Positions 58,635 through 64,000 of a stretch of DNA of 64,000 nucleotides are shown one piece after another. The first letter of the stretch is position 1. Every line of letters starts with the position of its first letter. Under the pieces are notes generated by a model. That model ran no database searches and was not told where the DNA came from. It worked only from the letters and a program-made list of their open reading frames with translations. The stretch covers positions 2,177-66,176 of the forward strand of contig JAGCPA010000095.1 of assembly GCA_017642445.1 (NCBI GenBank), written 5' to 3'. Source of the DNA: Spirochaetia bacterium (GTDB lineage Bacteria; Spirochaetota; Spirochaetia; CADAEX01). A program made the translations under genes and the position numbers.

Positions 58635-59231
58635 ATGGGAGAAATTATTCCACGCTGGGAATGGCGTACTTTTGGAAGTGCTTTCGGAGAAGGCGAGAGC
58701 CGTATCAAGGCACATGAACTGGGAACTTTCAAAAAGAGTTCAGAGAAATACATCCTTTCTAAGAACAGCAACGAGAACTGCAAGATAAGGGATGACCTTA
58801 TGGATATCAAGTCTCTCCGGCAGATCAATGCAGACAAGCTTGAGCAGTGGTATCCTACAATGAAGCTTTCTTTCCCGCTTAAGAAGGGAGATATCGAGAA
58901 CCTCTTCAAGAACTTCTTCAAGGTGGCTGTACCAAAGTTTGAGAGAGATGAGTATACCTACGACCAGTATCTGGATGAGCTGGTGTCCAAGTGCGGTGAC
59001 CTGGTGATTGTAGATGTCTACAAGGAACGCTCAATCTACACAATAGATGAGGCAACTGTAGAGATTGCCGAGACCAAGTTCAACGGAATCCCCAACAGGA
59101 CAATCTGCGTTGAGCATATCGACCCGGCTCTGGTTATGAAGGTTGTGAAAGAGCTTGGCGTCGAGGGCTGCCCTAATATCAACTACCTCAAGGCCATGAA
59201 ACAGGCTGTCGGCATGCCGATGTGGGTCTGA
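58635..59231 (+). CDS. Hypothetical protein, possible CYTH-like (triphosphate tunnel) domain
   Basis: GGAGG ribosome-binding site. Weak resemblance to the CYTH N-terminal and C-terminal motifs (VEIAETKF). Immediately precedes the Ppx/GppA gene. Confidence 0.4.
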   Translation: MGEIIPRWEWRTFGSAFGEGESRIKAHELGTFKKSSEKYILSKNSNENCKIRDDLMDIKSLRQINADKLEQWYPTMKLSFPLKKGDIENLFKNFFKVAVPKFERDEYTYDQYLDELVSKCGDLVIVDVYKERSIYTIDEATVEIAETKFNGIPNRTICVEHIDPALVMKVVKELGVEGCPNINYLKAMKQAVGMPMWV

Positions 59232-59235
59232 GGCC

Positions 59236-60165
59236 GTGGAGGAGACAATGAGCAGAAAAGCAATCATTGATATCGGTTCAAACTCGATCAAGTTCTTTGT
59301 AGGAGAGCTTGCAGAGGATAAGACCATAAAGACAGTGCTGGATACCAACGATATCGCAAGGCTGGGCGAAGGGCTTGATGCAACAGGACTTATCAGCCCC
59401 GAGGCTATGGAGAGGAATGTGGCATCTGTCGCAGCATTCGCAGCAAAGGCCAAGGAGCTGGGGGCAGACCAGATTGTGAGCGTAGGTACCATGGCCTTGA
59501 GAAAGGCCGGCAACTCCGACATTTTTGTAAATAAGGTCAAGGAGGCATGCGGTGTCGATGTAAATATTATCCCGGGAGAGGAGGAGGCAAGGCTCAGTTA
59601 TCTTGCTATTCTTTCAGGGCTCCCTCTGGATAAGGATGCAGACCTTGTAGTATTTGACACAGGCGGTGGAAGCACCGAGTTCATCTATGGCAAGGGAACC
59701 GAGATGGTAAAGCGTTTTTCTGTCAATCTGGGTGCTGTCCGGATTACAGAGAATTACCTTAAGTCCGATCCTGTGACCCAGGAAGAGGTAAAAGCTGCCA
59801 TTGCGCAGATTGATAAGGAGTTTGCCGAGGCAGGAGTGGTTGGAAAACCTGCACAGCTTGTAGGAATGGGCGGAACTGTGACCAGCATGGGTGCTGTAAA
59901 GCATAAGATGGTCAAATACGACCCTGCAGTGATCCAGGGCTCCAGGCTTCTTAAAAAAGATATCGAGGAGCAGATTGCAGAGTATTCCAGCCGGACAATC
60001 GAGCAGCGGAAGGAGCTTCCGGGTCTGCAGCCAAAGAGGGCCGATGTCATTCTTGCAGGAGCCTGCATACTCAAGGTCATCACAGACAGACTGGGTGCCG
60101 ACGGGCTTACAATCTCTGACAGAGGGCTCAGGCACGGACTGGCATTTGACCTGTTCCAGAAATAA
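59236..60165 (+). CDS. ppx: Ppx/GppA family phosphatase (exopolyphosphatase / pppGpp phosphohydrolase)
   Basis: IDIGSNSIKF and DTGGGSTEF actin-like ATPase motifs. 309 aa. Confidence 0.85.
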   Translation: MEETMSRKAIIDIGSNSIKFFVGELAEDKTIKTVLDTNDIARLGEGLDATGLISPEAMERNVASVAAFAAKAKELGADQIVSVGTMALRKAGNSDIFVNKVKEACGVDVNIIPGEEEARLSYLAILSGLPLDKDADLVVFDTGGGSTEFIYGKGTEMVKRFSVNLGAVRITENYLKSDPVTQEEVKAAIAQIDKEFAEAGVVGKPAQLVGMGGTVTSMGAVKHKMVKYDPAVIQGSRLLKKDIEEQIAEYSSRTIEQRKELPGLQPKRADVILAGACILKVITDRLGADGLTISDRGLRHGLAFDLFQK

Positions 60166-60183
60166 TTTCAAAAGGAGAAATAT

Positions 60184-61191
60184 ATGAAAAAGATTTTAGT
60201 TGTATTATTGATTTGTATCGTAGCAGTTTCTGTCCTGTCTGTTACAGGCTGTTCAAAGAAGAAAGCTGAAGAAGCACCTGTAGAAGAGGCATGGAAACCT
60301 GAAAGACCTATAACTATCATGAACCATGTTGCAGTCGGCGGTGCCATGGACCTCTATTCCAGAAAATGGGTTGAGCTTGCCGCAAAGTACACCGATGCCA
60401 CATTTGTTGTGGACAACAACTCAGGTGCCAGCGGTCTTACAGCAGGAGAGTGGGTTCTTAACCAGCCTGCCGACGGCTATACAGTCTTTGCACTTGCACC
60501 TACCTATATCGATGCAGTGATTCAGTCCGAGCTTGAATGCTCCGAGTATGTGGATGGCTTTGCATATATCTACAACCTTATGGCAGACCCATACTGCGTT
60601 CTTGTTCCTTCAAATTCACAGTTCAAGACATTCAAGGATCTTATCGACTGGTCAAAGCAGGGAAATACAATCACCCTGTCAGAACCTAACTACGGTGCTA
60701 AGTATATCGATGCTGTCCAGGTGTTCGGCTCAATCCAGGGAGTATCTTACAAGGCTATTTCCTACGAGAGTGCAAAAAAGAACTTTGCAGCCCTCCTGGG
60801 CGGTCAGACTGTTGCCTCTGTCGGTAACCCGGGCGACACCAAGAAATATGACGTAAGAGCACTGGTAATCGGAAACCCGACTAAGGTTCCCGGCCTTGAG
60901 GATATTCCAAACTATAAGGAGCTCGGCTATTCCGAAGAGCTTGATAAAATCTCCATGTGGAGAGGCTATGCTGTCAGAAAAGAGACTCCAAAGGGTATGA
61001 TCACCTGGTTCCAGGATATCTGCGACAAGGTTGCTGCCGACGAAGAGTGGATCAAATACATGACAGACCTTAAGCTGACTGTTCTTAAGGATAAGACCGA
61101 AGCATTCACAAAGACAGTTGAGAACGAGGTTGTCAGCACTATTGAAGTTCTCAAGAGTGTTGATCAGATAAGCAAGGAATACAAAAGGTAA
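60184..61191 (+). CDS. tctC: Tripartite tricarboxylate transporter substrate-binding protein (TctC family), lipoprotein
   Basis: Signal peptide plus lipobox (SVTGC). Bug/TctC fold at 335 aa, followed by tctB and tctA. Confidence 0.8.
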   Translation: MKKILVVLLICIVAVSVLSVTGCSKKKAEEAPVEEAWKPERPITIMNHVAVGGAMDLYSRKWVELAAKYTDATFVVDNNSGASGLTAGEWVLNQPADGYTVFALAPTYIDAVIQSELECSEYVDGFAYIYNLMADPYCVLVPSNSQFKTFKDLIDWSKQGNTITLSEPNYGAKYIDAVQVFGSIQGVSYKAISYESAKKNFAALLGGQTVASVGNPGDTKKYDVRALVIGNPTKVPGLEDIPNYKELGYSEELDKISMWRGYAVRKETPKGMITWFQDICDKVAADEEWIKYMTDLKLTVLKDKTEAFTKTVENEVVSTIEVLKSVDQISKEYKR

Positions 61192-61199
61192 TCTTACAC

Positions 61200-61766
61200 A
61201 TGAATAAATTGGCCAACCTGAGTTACTGGTGGATTTTAGGCGGCTTGACTCTCCTGCTGGTGGGGCTTTATTTCCTGTTCAACAGCATGGAGAGGACAAA
61301 ACCTGTAAAAGGGCAGCTCCTTTGCCTCTGCGGCATGGATTTGATAACGCTGCTCTTCTATCTTCTTACTTTCAGTCTGAGAGTAAGCAAGATTGCTGCA
61401 GAGGCTGGGGCTACTCCAAGGACCATGCCCCGGCTCTGGGCATTTCTCATGGTTTTTGTCTCGGCTGGAGCAGCCTATGCTATCCTGAAAAGCAGCCGTA
61501 AGCCGGACGAGAAGTTTGACAGATGGGTGTTCGCCCTTCTTGTCGGAGCCGGCTCAATATTCAGCGTCATAATGTTCAACATAATAGGCTACTACCTTTC
61601 CAGTGCCATATTTATCCTGGTGGTTATGCTGGCAATGGGAGAGAGGAACAGACTGCAGCTGGTCCTGGTTCCTCTGGCCTGGTGCGTCTTCACCTATTTT
61701 GTCTTCTATAAACTGCTGTATATCAGCCTGCCTTTCGGCAGCTTGTTTACTGGACTTTTCAGGTAA
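61200..61766 (+). CDS. tctB: Tripartite tricarboxylate transporter TctB family small membrane subunit
   Basis: Four-transmembrane 188-aa protein located between tctC and tctA. Confidence 0.7.
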   Translation: MNKLANLSYWWILGGLTLLLVGLYFLFNSMERTKPVKGQLLCLCGMDLITLLFYLLTFSLRVSKIAAEAGATPRTMPRLWAFLMVFVSAGAAYAILKSSRKPDEKFDRWVFALLVGAGSIFSVIMFNIIGYYLSSAIFILVVMLAMGERNRLQLVLVPLAWCVFTYFVFYKLLYISLPFGSLFTGLFR

Positions 61767-61775
61767 GGGGGGAGC

Positions 61776-63275
61776 ATGGCTGATATTTTAAGCAATTTAG
61801 CAATGGGCTTCAGCGTCATAGCAAGTTTCCAGGCACTTTTCCTGGTTCTTCTTGGTGTCTGTGTAGGTATTCTGGGTGGAGCTATTCCAGGCATTTCCCC
61901 ATCCATGGCAGTGGCTCTGCTGCTTCCGATAACCTATTCCCTTTCTCCTATCATGGCTATGGTCATGCTCATGGGCATCTACATTGGGGCAAACTATGGC
62001 GGTTCCATAACAGCAATCGCAATTAATACCCCTGGAACACCATCTGCGACTGTAACGGCCTTTGATGGTTACCCCATGCTTAAGAATGGAAAAGCAGGGG
62101 AGGCGATGGGAATCTCTCTGTGGGCATCTGTTATAGGTGGTATCATCGGTGCAGTAATACTGATCTTCTTCAGTGTCCCGCTGTCAAAGGTGGCACTTAA
62201 ATTCTGGCCTTCGGAGTATTTTGCCCTCTGTATCATGGGTTTGACCACTGTGGCAACCCTGGGCGGTAAAAACTGGCAGAAAGCGCTTGTAACATGTCTC
62301 TTCGGTCTTCTTCTGAACACTGTGGGCCTTGATCCTACCTTTGGTATCAAGCGGTTCACATTCAAGGTGACCAAGCTGTTTGACGGCTTTGAGATGGTGC
62401 CTGTACTCATCGGTCTGTTTGCCCTTGGCGAGGTGCTCAGCAATCTTGAGCATTACAAGACAGCTGCTGTGGTGCGGCAGAACGTCGATTATAAGCTGCC
62501 TAAGCTCATCTATTACTGGAAGCTTAAGTTCTCTATCATTCGGGCTGGTATAATAGGCTGTATCATCGGTATTTTCCCTGGAGCAGGCGGTACTATTGCC
62601 TCTTTCCTTGCCTACGATACAGAAAAGAGGATGAGCAAGCATCCTGATGACTTCGGTCATGGCGCACCCGAGGGAGTTGCTGCGGCAGAAGCCTCTAACT
62701 CCGGCTCTGTAGGCGGTGCCATGGTACCGCTTCTGACCCTTGGTATTCCAGGTTCCTCAACCGCTGCGGTTCTCCTTTCTGCCCTCATGATCCACAACCT
62801 GAACCCAGGGCCTAAGCTCTTTACAGAGCAACCTGAGCTGGTCTATGGACTCTTTGCCTCCATGTTTGCGGCAAACCTGTTCATGGTGCTGGTCGGAACT
62901 TATGGCTCCAAGCTGTGGGTAAGGGTAGGGTATATAAAGAAGACTATCCTTTATCCGCTGATTTTTGCATTTGCAATTCTGGGAAGCTACTCTATCAAGA
63001 AGTCGATGTTCGATGTAGGCACCTGCCTTGCATTCGGTCTTGTCGGATGGATGTTCAAGAAATATAAATATCCGGCTTCGCCGCTGGTGCTTGGACTTAT
63101 TCTTGGTAAGCTCATAGAGACCAACTATGTGCAGACCCTTATGGTCACCGGGCCTATAGGCTTTGTCCAGAGACCTTTTACTGTAATCCTTTTTGTCATT
63201 TCTATAGCTGCGCTTGTATATCCTGTTATTTCAGCAAGGATTAAGGCAAAGAAGATGAACAACAGCCGGCAGTGA
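61776..63275 (+). CDS. tctA: Tripartite tricarboxylate transporter permease (TctA family)
   Basis: 499-aa multi-pass permease with conserved TctA G-rich segments (GxIPGISP, NYGGSITAI). Confidence 0.9.
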   Translation: MADILSNLAMGFSVIASFQALFLVLLGVCVGILGGAIPGISPSMAVALLLPITYSLSPIMAMVMLMGIYIGANYGGSITAIAINTPGTPSATVTAFDGYPMLKNGKAGEAMGISLWASVIGGIIGAVILIFFSVPLSKVALKFWPSEYFALCIMGLTTVATLGGKNWQKALVTCLFGLLLNTVGLDPTFGIKRFTFKVTKLFDGFEMVPVLIGLFALGEVLSNLEHYKTAAVVRQNVDYKLPKLIYYWKLKFSIIRAGIIGCIIGIFPGAGGTIASFLAYDTEKRMSKHPDDFGHGAPEGVAAAEASNSGSVGGAMVPLLTLGIPGSSTAAVLLSALMIHNLNPGPKLFTEQPELVYGLFASMFAANLFMVLVGTYGSKLWVRVGYIKKTILYPLIFAFAILGSYSIKKSMFDVGTCLAFGLVGWMFKKYKYPASPLVLGLILGKLIETNYVQTLMVTGPIGFVQRPFTVILFVISIAALVYPVISARIKAKKMNNSRQ

Positions 63276-63297
63276 TACTGCCGACTGTTTTCTTTTA
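63265..63297 (+). terminator. Rho-independent terminator after tctA
   Basis: Hairpin ccggcag-tgata-ctgccg overlapping the tctA stop codon, followed by a T-rich run. Confidence 0.55.
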
Positions 63298-64000
63298 TTT
63301 GATGTATTCAAGCATCTTGAGCAGGATACGGCTGGAATTTGCCCCTGCGATATCGCCGAAGTTCTCGTAGTTTGAATTGGCTATGCCGTCCGCCTTGTCC
63401 GACAGAGCACGTATAACCACGAAAGGCTTGCCGTACTTGATGCATATTACAGCTACCGAAGCACCCTCCATCTCGCATGCATACGCGTTGTACTCTTTCT
63501 TAAGCCTCTCAACATATACTTCTGATGCGATGAACTGGTCGCCTGATGCGATTGTCCCCTTGAAGACGTGCTCCTTGCCGATTGTCTCAACAGCAGCCTT
63601 GTATGCAAGCTCCACAAGTGCCTCGTCGCAGTAATAGAACTCGCCGGCCTTCCTGCTTATTCCAGGGTCGCCTGACACCCATGTGAAACCATCGTTGCTG
63701 ATTATGCCGTAATCATGCTCAACCAGCCTTGTGGCCACAACTTCGTCAAGAATCTGGGGCTCGTCAGCCACTCCGCCTGCTATGCCGGTGAAAAGCACTT
63801 TTGAGATGTTGTATCTGTTCAGCATTGCTGTGACACCCGAAGATGCCCGCACTTTTCCGATGCCGGCCCTTGTGATCACTACATTTTTACCTCTCAGCTT
63901 TCCGACATAATATTTTGTGCCGGCGATAATATCCTCTTTCTCGATCTCTGCATTCTCTAGAAGCACGCTGATCTCATTGTCCATGGCAGAGATTATTCCT
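63295..64000 (-). CDS. mtnN: 5'-methylthioadenosine/S-adenosylhomocysteine nucleosidase. Start lies beyond the window edge.
   Basis: ITRAGIGKVRAS, FTGIAGGV and CEMEGASVA motifs. The frame stays open beyond 63984 (GIISAM... matches the MTAN N-terminus GIIGAME). Confidence 0.85.
   Translation of the reverse strand, partial: GIISAMDNEISVLLENAEIEKEDIIAGTKYYVGKLRGKNVVITRAGIGKVRASSGVTAMLNRYNISKVLFTGIAGGVADEPQILDEVVATRLVEHDYGIISNDGFTWVSGDPGISRKAGEFYYCDEALVELAYKAAVETIGKEHVFKGTIASGDQFIASEVYVERLKKEYNAYACEMEGASVAVICIKYGKPFVVIRALSDKADGIANSNYENFGDIAGANSSRILLKMLEYIK

Noticed and set aside
1-64000. CRISPR arrays, insertion-sequence elements, integrases or transposases
   Set aside because: No direct-repeat/spacer periodicity, terminal inverted repeats with a transposase ORF, or recombinase genes were seen on reading the window. 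The only mobile-element-like trace is the Dam-like fragment at 26984.

Overview
This 64 kb window is a bacterial chromosomal segment, about 50% GC, with genes mostly on the + strand, tightly packed and often overlapping by a few nucleotides. Most of it is housekeeping. It starts with the 3' end of larC (nickel insertion for the pincer cofactor). Three aminoacyl-tRNA synthetase genes follow in one overlapping operon (gltX, glyQS, tyrS), then yebC-ruvC-ruvA-ruvB-queA. The rest includes secA, a purH split into two genes, miaB, mfd, trmB-tsaD, ilvE, efp, a nifS-nifU pair, proBAC preceded by a family II pyrophosphatase, a tRNA-Ala(GGC), Ppx/GppA, a TctCBA transporter, and the start of mtnN at the window edge. 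The feature I would rank first is a three-gene nitrogenase-like cluster at 22916-26008, with no other nif genes in the window. It encodes a NifH-like ATPase carrying both [4Fe-4S]-bridging cysteines and two distinct NifD/NifK-like partners, which fits the poorly characterised group IV nitrogenase-like enzymes. Other points worth a second look: two A9 homopolymer tracts that each break an otherwise intact gene; the split purH; a 680-nt non-coding island between the nif-like cluster and secA that holds a Dam-like methylase fragment and a GC-rich inverted-repeat element; a Cys-rich insertion in NifS; a possibly lipoprotein-type family II pyrophosphatase; two secreted ankyrin-repeat proteins; and a standalone EF-G paralog. 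A spirochaete-like origin is only a weak inference from the single-chain GlyRS, the EF-G paralog and the secreted ankyrins. All calls rest on reading the six-frame translations and motifs; no database search was possible.
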